DNA from: Iphione sp. A-MEVVRFRX5
Taxonomy: Eukaryota
DNA: 64,000 nucleotides
Direction of reading: 5' to 3'
Assembly: GCA_976226885.1 (NCBI GenBank)
Contig: OZ320321.1
Span: 10,230,001-10,294,000 of the forward strand
The notes below the pieces were generated by a model, which saw only the letters and a program-made list of their open reading frames with translations, did not search any database and was not told the DNA's origin. Shown piece by piece: positions 25,265 to 37,400 of this stretch; positions within the stretch are counted from its first letter, which is position 1; the number at the start of each line of letters is the position of its first letter. Both the position numbers and the translations under genes were made by a program.

Positions 25265-27829
25265 TTAATTATGGCCAAAAATATGCAAAATGTATGTTAA
25301 CTTGGACAAAAACAAACCTGATGAACAGATATGAGAAAATGTGCGGAACTGTGTGAAAATGTGTGTGTTTTTATATGAAACATAGATAAACATGATTTCT
25401 TCAGCCTGACTTTTGTCTAGACTGCTTTACAAAGCATGGTTGAGGAGCTGTGAAATTTGTGAAGTCTCCCAATCCAAAATGCCTGTCGGAAAGGTAATAT
25501 TTCCAAGGCCATGTTTACATTGTCTAGGGACACTCTCCTGGTTTAATCCATAGCCCCCCCCCCCCCCCCCGCCGTATAGCCCCCCCCCCCACCACCGTAC
25601 AAAAAAAAAACATGCTAAAACACCCGTGCACATAGGAATGTAAGGAAAAAGGTCATAGAGAGCTTTTGGCACTTCACTAGACTAGTGTTTCCATGTACAT
25701 GTGCTCTACGCATCCGGATCCATCAGCTTTATTCTGTTCCGGGTAGTTTTCCAGCACCATAGTTGACCCCAATTGACCACAAATGATCACTAGATATCAA
25801 TGTTTGTAGAGAATGTACAGTTTTTCTGGGTGCATATCCAGGATAATCGATCAATTCTGGATAGCTTTCCACAGACAAACACACATATACATATACAGGA
25901 TTTACAGACATATGGAAATACCCCCAGCTTTAAACTATGTCCTGGGTCATCCCACATCTCCCGGATATGCACCCATGTGCAAAAAAATATGTATGCAGTC
26001 GAAACATGCGAACCGGATTAGGTCTGGCACATTGATTTTTGTATGGATGCCAGATAATCTGGTTACTGAAACAGGGAAACATTAAATTAATACATGGGTT
26101 CTTCGAGTTGAGTCTGGTTAATGCAGTTTTCCGGTTGTTGTATCTCCGGTTGATCAGTCGTAACTGTATATGGAAAAACTCCCTCAGTGATTTAGCACGA
26201 GTTAGTTATATACAGTTTTGTTGTGCTACAAGTTGCAATCAGCACAAATCATGCACTGTGCTTGTTCAACGATATGCACCTACTTATATTAAGCCCGTTT
26301 ATCCTTGTACATATTTTCTTTTTATATCTATAGCCATTAAAACCCAAATGATGTGTTATGATAGGATACATGGGTGGGTGCTAAGGTACAGTTTCAGTAT
26401 CAAGGCTAGATGTTCAAAACGAAAAAGACATGTACATGTACAAGGAAAACCCACCATATGGGTGCATACCCAGGATGCATGATAGGTTGATTTCAACCAC
26501 CAGCAGTTCTCTGCCTGGCCGCTTAAAGTACACTCTCTCTCTCTCTCCTTCTCCCTCTCAGGGCTGGTTTCCATACGAGGGAAGTTGCATTGTGTCTACA
26601 TTGTGCTTGCACTATATTTGCATTGTTTTTTTAATAAGCCCAGCCAAACCAATAGATTCCATACAGGTCTGCGTTGCATTAGAGTACATGTATTTGTGTT
26701 TGTGTTGTGTGTGTGCATTGCCTTTTTTAGTCCACAACCGTAATTTTCATTCAAAAGCATAGAGTTGTAAAGAAGCACATAACACAAGTAGTTAGGTAGG
26801 GGCAAAAATCTGTGTGAACCTATGTTAGGTCAAGTACATGTAAAAGTCTCCATTTCTTGCATATTTCCACACATTTTTGTCAAGTTTGTGACTTTTAGCA
26901 AATTAGCTTTAATAACTAATTTTGTACATTATCGAACATATGTTCACAGAGATTTTGGCCTTTACAACACAGTCATGCAACTCCAAAAACCTCAAGCAAG
27001 AAGACTTCCTCTGCATGAGTGTCCAGGAAAGGTCATTTATTGGATTACTGCAAGACTATGCAAACACAGAGCAAACACATAAACGTAAGTAAGGAAACTG
27101 GCCCTAACTCCCTTGCCCCACTCTCCCTATCCGTCTCTATCTCTCTCTTTCTCACTTCATCTCTCCCCCCACCGGCCTTTCACTCCTGGTTTCCACCCCC
27201 CCCCCGCTCCTTTCTCTCTTTCTCTCTCCCCGATGATAGTGCATAAACCTTCAGCTACTAACCTGTTTTACACAGCACATCAGGCCTGCAGCTAATAAAA
27301 CAGAGATATCGCGGGGAAATCACTGAAGATCAAAGACTGTGTATGAGACGAACTGTTAAGATGGTAACTTTAATTTGAAGTAAGACTATAAGGGAAGCTC
27401 CAGAATGAGAAATTCAGGCTCTTGTAACAAAGATATGACAGAGTAGCTGAGTGGAACAGGTTACACAATACTTTGAAATAAGACCTTCAAGAAACATCTG
27501 TGTTACCTGCAACCCAACCAAACCCTGATTTTGTCCTGATAGAACTTGCTTTAACAACTTTTTTTCAAATATCTCTGGAATACACCTACACCATGTTCCT
27601 TTTTATGCCCCTCGCTTTCATAAGGGATTAGTTTAATTCAAATCTAAGCAGCAGAAAGGATAGTTTCGGGCTTGGAAGTCTCTGCCTAGTTTTTTCACTG
27701 ATACACTGATAAAAAGCCTAAAAAGTAATTAATAACTCTCGCTTCAACTCCTTCTTTCAGCATTTTAGACAGTTAAGTTCGTGTGGCTCCCATTCAGACA
27801 CTCTTTAAGGTCGGTCTTTCCATGTAGCC

Positions 27830-28130
27830 TTAGATAGTATTCACATGTAGGCCTACCTGTGCAAAGAATCTGCTAACGGCTCCATGTAGGCCCGCACAGC
27901 TACTCTTTGAGGAGCACGTAGGATAATGACTTGCATATGTTCACCAGTTGTTTCTATAGCAATACTTCCTATGGAATACAAATCCGTGTGCATAGAAAAC
28001 CCATCCTCAATGGGTTCATAATTATGCACATGGGTCTGTGTGTAAATGTATATATGGTACAGATACATCAGAAGGGATCACTTGAAAACAGAAAAAAATA
28101 TCCACGCACAGACACACGTGAGTCCCACCT
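27830..28130. mobile_element. Degenerate family A MITE copy
   Basis: Patches (cttcctatggaatac, gaaaacccatcc, gaaaaaaatatccacgc) match the reverse complement of 15245-15552. Confidence 0.4.
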
Positions 28131-28859
28131 TATTCATGGAAATAGTTCCTTAGCTTGACACGATGTGGTAGGCACAGTGGGTCGGCCTGGATTAGTCCAG
28201 GGTGCTTAAGCCCCTGGGGATCACAGTCTTTAGTGTATGGATCTAGAAATGGATCCGTAGCCATGTACATGTATAATGTGTGTTACAAACCAGGACGAAC
28301 TTGAGTACAGATTCCTACCCACGTACCTATACATAATGCATACTGATGCGAGAGCAGGACATTTACCACTCCGGATGCAGGTGCTGGAAGGGTGAGAGGT
28401 AAATTTCAACCAATATTAATTCCCAACATGCCAACCCCCCCCCCCCCCCGCCACCAGGGCTCACGCTGTCTATACTTTTGATGTGTACACATGGAAATAC
28501 ACTCGGACAACCTGGTCCATGATGATACGTAATTCATACATAATGGCTCCAAATCCAGAACTGAATATGGCTGCATAGAAAGACCACCATAGTCATCTGA
28601 GTAAGCATAGGATGCATTCATCAGAATAGGTCTGCTGGAAACGTGAAGGCCCAGGGTCATCGATACCCTCACCCAGGCAACGAAGGAAGCATGCATTCAA
28701 GGTTACACCATCCATTTCCAGGGCAACTTCTTTTTGACATACCCGATCGGCTAAGCATCATATCGGCGGAGTGTCATGGCAACAGACTGTTGTTTTAACC
28801 TACAGTCTTTTAATGAAGAGCGGGGTCAGGTGCTCTTTCCTGTGCTCAGCTGGCCCCCA

Positions 28860-29500
28860 AACTGTCAAATGATTTTACATGTATTAGAGGCATATTCCAT
28901 GCGTGTCTGAGTATCGTCTTCTTTGGTTTACACCTGCCTGAGGGCAGCTGAAGGTGCCCTGTTCTATGGAACTGGCAGCCTTGGTTTCCAGTGAGCTGTT
29001 GCTTAGCCAATTTACAGCAGGTGCTTCCAGAGGAAAGGGATCAGTTCCTGGTAGTTCCTCAAGATGTTTAGTTCAAGGTCGTCAAGTGGGGCTGTGTGTA
29101 GCTTTTCTTCCCGGTATTTAAGAAGCTTCTGCCACCCTCTCTGTAGAGACAGCCAGGTGGTGGATGACCATCTGGTTTACTGTCCAGATATGAGCATACG
29201 GGACAGGGGTAGCCCCTTTTTATCTCTGGAAACGTTCTGGTTCTTGTTCACATCCTGGAAATTGGTGCCCTGTGAGAGGGCACGGGTGTATGTTCGTATT
29301 GTCTTGCCATCTGGGAGTTGTGTGTTCCATCGAGCAGATGTATTTGTTTGTGTTTCTGCTTTCCTTGGATCTACGGCTTGTCATCTGATCTGGGTGCCTC
29401 ATGATAGTGTGCATCAGAGCACCTGTGTGTCAGTTTTCCTCATAGAACACTATCTATTTGTTCAAAGTGAGGGACAGTTTGATGCAGAGATGTAGTGACA
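28860..29500 (-). mobile_element. Probable decayed RTE-like LINE ORF2 3' fragment
   Basis: Minus-strand translation with stops, RGWQKLLKYREEK...LRNYQELIPFLWKHLL*IG...NRAPSAALR, resembles the RTE-clade C-terminal pattern; very degenerate. Confidence 0.4.
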
Positions 29501-29962
29501 TACTTATACATAAACAGTGATGCACTGATGGATCTTCGCTTTATGCAAACATAATACTTAGTAAATTATATGCACTGACACGCTGCTATCCTCTTCTTTC
29601 TGGCTCTTCTATTAATGTCTCTCTTGATACAATATGCAACTGATACTGAGGTATGATATTCTGAAAAAGGTACTCGTATGTATTGGCTACATCTCTAATT
29701 ACGTAAAGAATAAAGGTGTTCCCAGTGATGCTGAGTTATTTTTCTTATGACTAAATACACATGTATGTTTCATAGAACATCTAAATATTCAATACCTCTG
29801 GATGTACATAGATGCCAGTAGATTGATTTGAAACGGTATATATTCATTGAAGAATAGCACACAAGGGATGACTACCTCCCTTCTGACAACAGCAATATGC
29901 TCAGTCGCAGATTCACTAATTTCAATGTATATACCAGAAATTCAACCGATAGGTGGCATTGC

Positions 29963-29963
<1 letters not shown>

Positions 29964-29998
<35 letters not shown>

Positions 29999-30007
29999 TA
30001 TTATAAT
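29964..30007. repeat. (ATA)n microsatellite
   Basis: Direct reading of the sequence. Confidence 0.9.
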
Positions 30008-30866
30008 AGTCAATGGTAAACCAGTACTGTAACATTAGTAGGGGACATTCATGTTTGGACAGGCGGCAACCACAAAAAGCATTGAAATAACAAGGAATTT
30101 AGCCTCAGTGCAGATTTCAGTAGGCTACATCTCTTACATAACACTTGTAAAGTTAGCTGCTTCCCAATAGATCATGCAAAATACTACAAACAACACTGCG
30201 GAAAGTCATATACCAGGCCCTGTAACTTTCAAGATATTGAATTGAAAAGTATCTCCTGTAAAAAGGATTTATGGACATAACAGACAAGTAAGCTCCTCTG
30301 TGGACAGTGCAGTTCTCGAGAACAGTGCAAAAACAACAACAGTGCAAAAAGACTTATACAGCCAGACCTTGTCAACTGGAGACAACAACCGGATTATCAC
30401 TTTAACCATATGCGAACAGGAGGGCTAAGCCACTCTAAATTATACCAGTTATCCAGAGTTCTGTAACCATAACTGAAGGGTATTTAAAGCCAATTTAAGA
30501 TTATTTATATAGAAAATAATGACAGTTAACAGACAAGGGATAACAAAGGAAATGACAGGCATTAAGGTATGTATAGACAGCACAAAGCGACCATTTCATA
30601 CGTGTGAGACGTGGGCTGCTGCCCCCTAAACATAGAAAGAACACAGCGCAAATATCATGGGTAAAACTAACAAATACACATGCAACATGTGGGCTGGGAC
30701 CTTGTTAATGTGGAAGAAACACAAGCTAGAGCGACTATCATAGGTTAAGACAACATTAATTACTTAACTGTAGGATTTACAGGGTGTTATGTTCACTTTT
30801 ATGCAAGCTTTCACGGCTCCAGACCCATAGACTTTTTTTCTACAGATGCATGTGAACACCGCCTAA

Positions 30867-31265
30867 GGCCGCGTTCATATGCATCGGTAGAAAAAAAAAC
30901 ATCTACAGGTCCATAGATGTATCTATAGGACACCTCCTGCTGTGTTTATTCAAGGCCTAATCATATGGAATGACACCTTCTGCTGTGTTTATTCAAGGCC
31001 TCATCATATGGAATGACACCTTCTGCTGTGTTTATTCAAGGCCTAATCATATGGAATACCAGATGTCTCCTCACCATTGCTGCCTATCTACAATGGACGA
31101 CTGTCCACAAAAAATCAGTCACAGATGGTTTTGAAAATGGATCCAGAGCCAGATCGTTTTGAAACGGAGGCATGTGAACTTCTCAGTGTAATTCCAATTG
31201 ATGGAGGGAAAATGTCTATGGGTCTGTGTCCGTTTCGGGAAAAACGGATACAAGTGAACACCGCC
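30867..31265. mobile_element. Harbinger-like MITE related to family A, with an internal 43-bp x3 tandem repeat (30931-31057)
   Basis: Ends GGCCGCGTTCATATGCATC and GTGAACACCGCC; directly preceded by TAA and by another element end (30821-30863). Confidence 0.65.
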
Positions 31266-32799
31266 TGTGTACCCTGCTGTGTCCACAGTGGCAGTTTCCA
31301 TTATGCATAAAGTAGTTCACCACGATACATGTGTGTATATTACACGGTTTATGATTGCATGATGAACACTTTTACAACAGTATTATTGAAAATAATATCA
31401 TTCCCAAAATGTTAAAAGATATTGTTTACTTAATGTTTTGATAGTGTTATTCACATATTTAGGTGTTTTCCTACTTCATATGTATAAATCTAGTTTCAAA
31501 TATGAACCTCTTTATTTTATACAACAAATAAAGTTAGTGTCGTATGTACGAGGTAAAACTGTTCTACTAGATGGTAATGCAACCGTACGACTTAAAACCA
31601 ACACCAACAGCCACAACACGAGGCCAACGTGTAGTTAATGTGCATAAAAGCACTCTTCTGTTCTTTTTGTTGTTACCAGATGACGGGCCAGATGACAACA
31701 CCAGGTCACATCATTCCTTGAGATCCAGTTGCGCCAGCGTATAAACATCGGAAATAAGTTTGTTCAACATTTTTTTGTAAAGAACACCTTCATTTTCAAA
31801 CCTTCGGCTTCCATCAGACAAAAATGTCCGATTTTACCATTGTTGGTCGCTAAAGGGTTATCAGCATTTTCTGTACACGATTCGTGTGGTACTGCCTTGT
31901 GACATGAACCCAATCAATGTAAGAATTACATTAGCAATAGTTGGGCTGGTTGTGTTCAAGCAAAAAGCTTTGAAAAGGAAAAGACGCCCATGTTGGAAGC
32001 GGGAAAACAAAAGACGATATGGTGTCACCTAGCGGCAAAAGTGAGCACTTGGGAAGCTACCAGCTTTGTCCGCCAGGGCACAGCGACGTCTGCTGTTTCA
32101 ATCTAGAACTAATCTTACTTCCCCTGTAAACAGACTTGGATCTCACAAAGGAGAGAGAAGTATCTGAGCGCTACAGTTGTTGAAAGTGAAGACAGTGCAC
32201 CAGGAAGTGCGAATTCAAGGCTCTCCATCGGATGACAATGTTCTGGCTTGTGGCATAACGTACTTGTACATGCAGGTCAGTAGGCATATTTTCACGTCTG
32301 CGCTGGTACAAATCAAGAGAGTGAGAGACCCCAAGTAATAAAGTTGAGAAGGCTAAATCGTTCTTGCTACTGTGGTGAATGCTGTTTAATTTGGAACCAT
32401 ACATACCATATCCCTAACCTAGTCTAATATCTCGAAGGTACAAGTCTCGACTGGGTTTGGTCGATAGAATCCACGAAGTTATCATAGTGGGCGAAAATAG
32501 GGGGGATGAAATGGTTAGGCCCGCGGCAGCCCAAGAGCGGGGAAGTGATGAATTTCAGTCGGTATCTAAATTATAGTTTACCGGTCCCTATGTATCGTGA
32601 AAAGGCCGGGTACTCCTCCTTGCTCGCATGGGATGTTATATTATTGGAGGAGTATTTTTGGGGATTGTTGCAGTATACAATAGCTTAATATGCCATCTTC
32701 TTCCAGGGGCTGCATCTTTGCTCCTGCGTGGAGAGTGTGTAGGACCCTCTTGAGTTTTGAAGGCATGAAGGGAGTGTCTGTCAGTTTGGCGAAGTTGAT

Positions 32800-32804
<5 letters not shown>

Positions 32805-32865
<61 letters not shown>
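32805..32865. repeat. (CT)n microsatellite
   Basis: Direct reading of the sequence. Confidence 0.95.
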
Positions 32866-32868
<3 letters not shown>

Positions 32869-33059
32869 TCACTCTGTCTCTCTCCCTCTTTCTCATGATA
32901 CACCCTTGGCTGTAAGCCTAGAGGGGTGGAACTCTTGGCTTTTGTGGCGGGTATCGGACAATACCCCTGATTCCCCCTTGGCTATGGGCCTGTCCCGGAT
33001 GGTTCCTGCCTTAGTGTTCCCAGCCGGCACACAACGTTTTAAAAACGTTTTATAACTGT

Positions 33060-33330
33060 ATTTTCAGTGGCTCATCTTCAGTGCTTCTGGAAATTCCATC
33101 CACCGTTTCCTTGGCCTGGCCACCTCTTGGAAGGTACTGGCTTCCCATTCCTAATGGTCTGAAGGGTTTCCTGATTTTTAGGATAGAGCTTGTGTTGTCC
33201 TATTAAAATCTCTCGTTCTTGTTACCCAGATGGCCACATGTCTGTTGGAGAGGATAAGTATCTCTTGTTCTGTTTTCCACAGCGCTGCTTATTTTGCAGT
33301 TAACTGTGGGAAAGGGATTACATATGTGGA
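33060..33330 (-). mobile_element. Probable decayed RTE-like LINE C-terminal fragment
   Basis: Minus strand gives ARPRKRWME next to a frameshifted ETLQTIRNGKP..KR, resembling the G-R-P-R-K-R-W-x-D end of RTE ORF2. Confidence 0.4.
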
Positions 33331-33846
33331 TTCTGTCAGGCTGGAGGGTGTCGAGGTACGGGAGACATGACTGCCAGAGAAACTGGTGGAGCAGACTGAC
33401 ATGGTACTCAGGCTTCTTGGCTTTCCTCATCTGTAGAGTGAAGGTGCTTACTTGCACTATTCCATCCATGGTCGGGGGGGGGGGTCCTGCAGGCATGGTT
33501 GGGTTTTCACTTTCCATGGCCTAGGCCAGGTTGGTCCTGTCCAGTGGCGATCGATGATCTTACTTCTTAGGTCTCTTCACTGGAAGTAGGGTTGAATGTT
33601 GTTATGTAATGCCAACCTTTTAATGGCTAGTTTATTGATAGGGACTTACAAAAGGGATGTTTACCTGTTTCAACAGGGGTCGGCTGTCCTGGTTAAAACA
33701 AGATGACCTTTTCTAGGCCAGTTCTGTAGTACACACTTTCTCCCATGTCAGGTACTATGGAAATTAGTCTTGGTAAGAATCTAAGGTAAGCAAGTCCCTT
33801 TAGAACTGTTCAGGAGTGGGATGAAAATAATCTAGGTTAAGACAGC

Positions 33847-34200
33847 TAGGTTGACTACCGAGTCTCCTAGGTGACCTGAAGTATGACATGCATCCTCTGG
33901 TTGACTACTGGGTCTCTTAGTTGACCTGCAGTATGACATGCTGCATCCTCTGGTTGACTACCAAGTCTCCTAGTTGACCTGCAGTATGACATGCTACATC
34001 CTCTGGTTGACTACCGGGTCTCCTAGTTGACCTGCAGTATGACATGCTGCATCCTCTGGTTGACTATTGGGTCTCTTAGTTGACCGGCAGTATGACATGC
34101 TACATCCTCTGGTTGACTACTGGGTCTCATAGTTGACCTGCAGTATGATACGTTGCATCCTCTGGTTGACTACAGGGTCTGTTGGTTGACCTGAAGTATT
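33847..34200. repeat. Minisatellite, 53-bp unit, about 6.7 copies, 100 bp upstream of SH3YL1 coding exon 1
   Basis: tggttgactaccgggtctcctagttgacctgcagtatgacatgctgcatcctc; unit starts at 33898, 33951, 34004 and onward. Confidence 0.95.
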
Positions 34201-34306
34201 ATTTCTTGTAAGAAATCTTAAGAAAAGTCTCCATTTGACGAGCTCTTATTTCTAAGGTATGAAAAAGTAAGTTGTGATTCTTATTTTCCTTTATAGTGCT
34301 CCCATC

Positions 34307-34421
34307 ATGGTGAAGACGCCCCTCCCATCGAGCCTCAAATCTGAGGCTAAAAAGGCGGCTAAGATCCTTCGTGAATTCACGATTCCAAGTGCTAAAGTCG
34401 GACCAGATAAACTCATACCGG
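34307..34421 (+). CDS. SH3YL1: SH3YL1 coding exon 1 (acceptor at 34296/34297, so a non-coding exon lies upstream)
   Basis: ttattttcctttatag precedes the exon; ATG at 34307; encodes MVKTPLPSSLKSEAKKAAKILREFTIPSAKVGPDKLIP; weak phase-1 donor G|GTTCGG. Confidence 0.9.
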
Positions 34422-37400
34422 GTTCGGCACTCAGACTTTCTACAAATTTATTACTAAGCTTTGTGTTCTTAACTAAAATAAATCAATAATAATAAAGATA
34501 TCCATCGATATGCAATCGGCGTAGGTTTTAATAAGAATTCTTCGCCATTTAAATCCGTACCTTTTAGTAGGAGAGAGCAGTCTCTATGGATAGATCTAGG
34601 TCGACTCATGCTTATCTCATTTCTTTTCAAGTACATATCTATATTTCTTCCAGCTGGTTTGGTCAGCAGAGCTCAAGGCCTCGCCATTCTGACGGTAGCT
34701 AAACTGGGCTTCCTGGTCACGGCACGCGGTGGAAGTGGGATCGTGATTGCCCGCCTGGAAGGTGGACGTAGGTTCCGTTTACAGCTCCGTCTCCATCATT
34801 TCACTAGTCGCTTTTTCTTAGTGACAGTGGAGTCTAACCAATCAGAGCACATTCCTCAAAAAGGGTGGGAATTTGAAACATAGAAAAACAAAGCTGTCAT
34901 GCATGGAAGTCAGTGGAAGGCTTAAAGGTCTTGGTTAATATTACAGATAGAAGTATTTGCTTTTGTATGCATAAAGAGGATATATTAACAATGATTTCTC
35001 TGTAAATTTAGTTTTTTTTGCTAAATAGTTCCTATGTTGCAAGTGCTCAAATATGAGTATTTTAGCGTTGAAAAGGCCTAGAGAGGCTGCAGGATGTCTC
35101 TGCTGGAAGCACGTGTCGGGGACCCTAGTGGGTGGGAGTAGCCGTCTGCCCCAAGAGCGATCAGTGAATAAGTAGCATCACACCGAGCCAGATTATGGAA
35201 TCAGTCTTTTTGCAGGCTAACTAGATTCATTCATTGTACTAACAAATGAGTTAGCTTTTAAGTTTAGAATCTTTCTCTGTGTATTTTACACCGATTGATT
35301 TTGGTAAATGAAAACAAATATATCATTTGTGTGGTTTGAGATGAAAACATATCACTAAGGTCTCCTTCACAAGCTACCCAGTCGATCCTGCACCTGTTTT
35401 CATGTCCCATACAAAATATTTGAGGATGTTTACCCGCGAAAATGGGGGTTGTTATACTTATTTTATATTCATGCACACACGATTATAAGCCTTTATTGTA
35501 AATTAGATAGAGAAAAAACTATAAAATCACCCAAAATACTATGAAATAGTATTAAGAAGTTTACAAAACTTAATATTCATATGAACAAGAGGTAGTGGCC
35601 TGTATTTCTATATGAACAATGGTTAGCAGCCTTTACTGCACCCCCATGCAGCACACACACCCGTGTCCGACCCCTCCATAGCCAATCTTTCTGTCATAAT
35701 GTACCACATGTTAATGTGGTATATGCTGTCTGTACCAAACAGTTTAGGAAGTCAAGTTACATTCCATTTTAACCAAAACAAAATGGTGGGTGGGTGTCAA
35801 CTTTTATTTATAGAAATATGAGCCTATATTAACAAGAGGTACTGGCCTGTACGTCTATATGAACAAGAGGTGGTGGCTTGTACTCCTATATATGAACAAG
35901 CAATGGGAGCCTGTACTCCTATATGAGCAAGAGGTGGTGGCTTGTACTCCTATATGAGCAAGAGGTGGTGGCCTGTACTCCTATATGAACAAGAGGTGGT
36001 GGCCTGTACATCTATATGAGCAAGAGGTGGCGGCCTGTACTCCTATATGAACAAGAGGTGGTGGCCTGTACGTCTATATGAGCAAGAGGTGGTGGCCTGT
36101 ACTCCTATATGAACAAGAGGTGGTGGCCTGTACGTCTATATGAACAAGAGGTGGCGGCCTGTACGTCTATATGAACAAGAGGTGGCGGCCTGTACTCCTA
36201 TATGAACAAGAGGTGGCGGCCTGTACGTCTATATGAACAAGGGATGGCGGCCTGTACTCCTATATGAACAAGAGGTGGCGGCCTGTACTCCTATATGAAC
36301 AAGAGATGGTGGCCTGTACGTCTATATGAACAAGAGGTGGCAGCCTGTACTCCTATATGAACAAAAGTTGGTGGCCTGTACTCCTATATGAACAAGAGAT
36401 GGCAGCCTGTACTCCTATATGAACAAGAGGTGGTGGCCTGTATTCCTATATGAACAAGAGGTGGTGGCTCGTACTCCTATATGAACAAGAGGTGGCAGCC
36501 TGTACATCTATATGAACAAGAGATGGCAGTCTGTACTCCTATATGAACAAGATGGGGTAGATGATTAGATGCATGCTTTGTTCATCTCGGTCTTTAGCTG
36601 AGAGTATGCATCCACTCAAGTACCACCCAAATAATTGACCAGAAGCCTATATCCAGTCAGAATATTTGCGCTGACTGCACGCCTGATGAGAATTGAATGG
36701 TGTGTTGTTTTTTTAGTTGAGATAATAAGTCAGAGATGTATTAATTAAATGTGCACTACTGTAGGAAAACTGCTCAAAGCAGATGGTAGCCTACTGGTCT
36801 TCTGCATTGATCAGTTTAAACCAGGCCTGTCCGGAGTCTGACAGATATGAAGGCAGATTTAAAGGTACGTAATGTAACAACGACAGCATAGTGCCATAAG
36901 GACCATCACCGGGTCATATTCCGACACCTTTAGCAGACCACAGGTCATCGGTTCACTTTGTTCATCGCACACATTGCACTAGTCTTATCAAGGCAACTAT
37001 ACTGGTAGCTGTGTTTGTGGTTTCATGTTTTTAACGAGGATAATGTTGTCAATGTGAGTGTAGCAAGATTTTAGGAAACCATACCTACTGAGTTACCAAA
37101 TGTGATACAGAAGATAAGCACTCTCACAACGGAAGCAAGTTTCCAGTGTCCCCAGACTTCCTGCTACATAGTTTTACACCATACTGCCTGCCTGCCAGGC
37201 ATCTGAACTGACTGCACTGTAGGAATTAATACCCGGTGCCTACATGAAAGTGAGATCACATGACCTTATTACACTCCCTCTTTTAAGATGGCTGCCGGAA
37301 ACTGGCCGCCCAGTGCCCCACTTCCTTTCTTCTAGACTGGTGCCCTGTCTTGACACTTGCCCCTCATAAAATGTAGCCAGCCAAAATGAATGTGCTCCTC

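Noticed and set aside
35833-36555. 31-bp repeat array as a CRISPR array
   Set aside because: Units are head-to-tail with no unique spacers, inside a spliceosomal intron, with no cas genes; it is a minisatellite. The GAGGTGGTGG Chi-like core is too short to mean anything.
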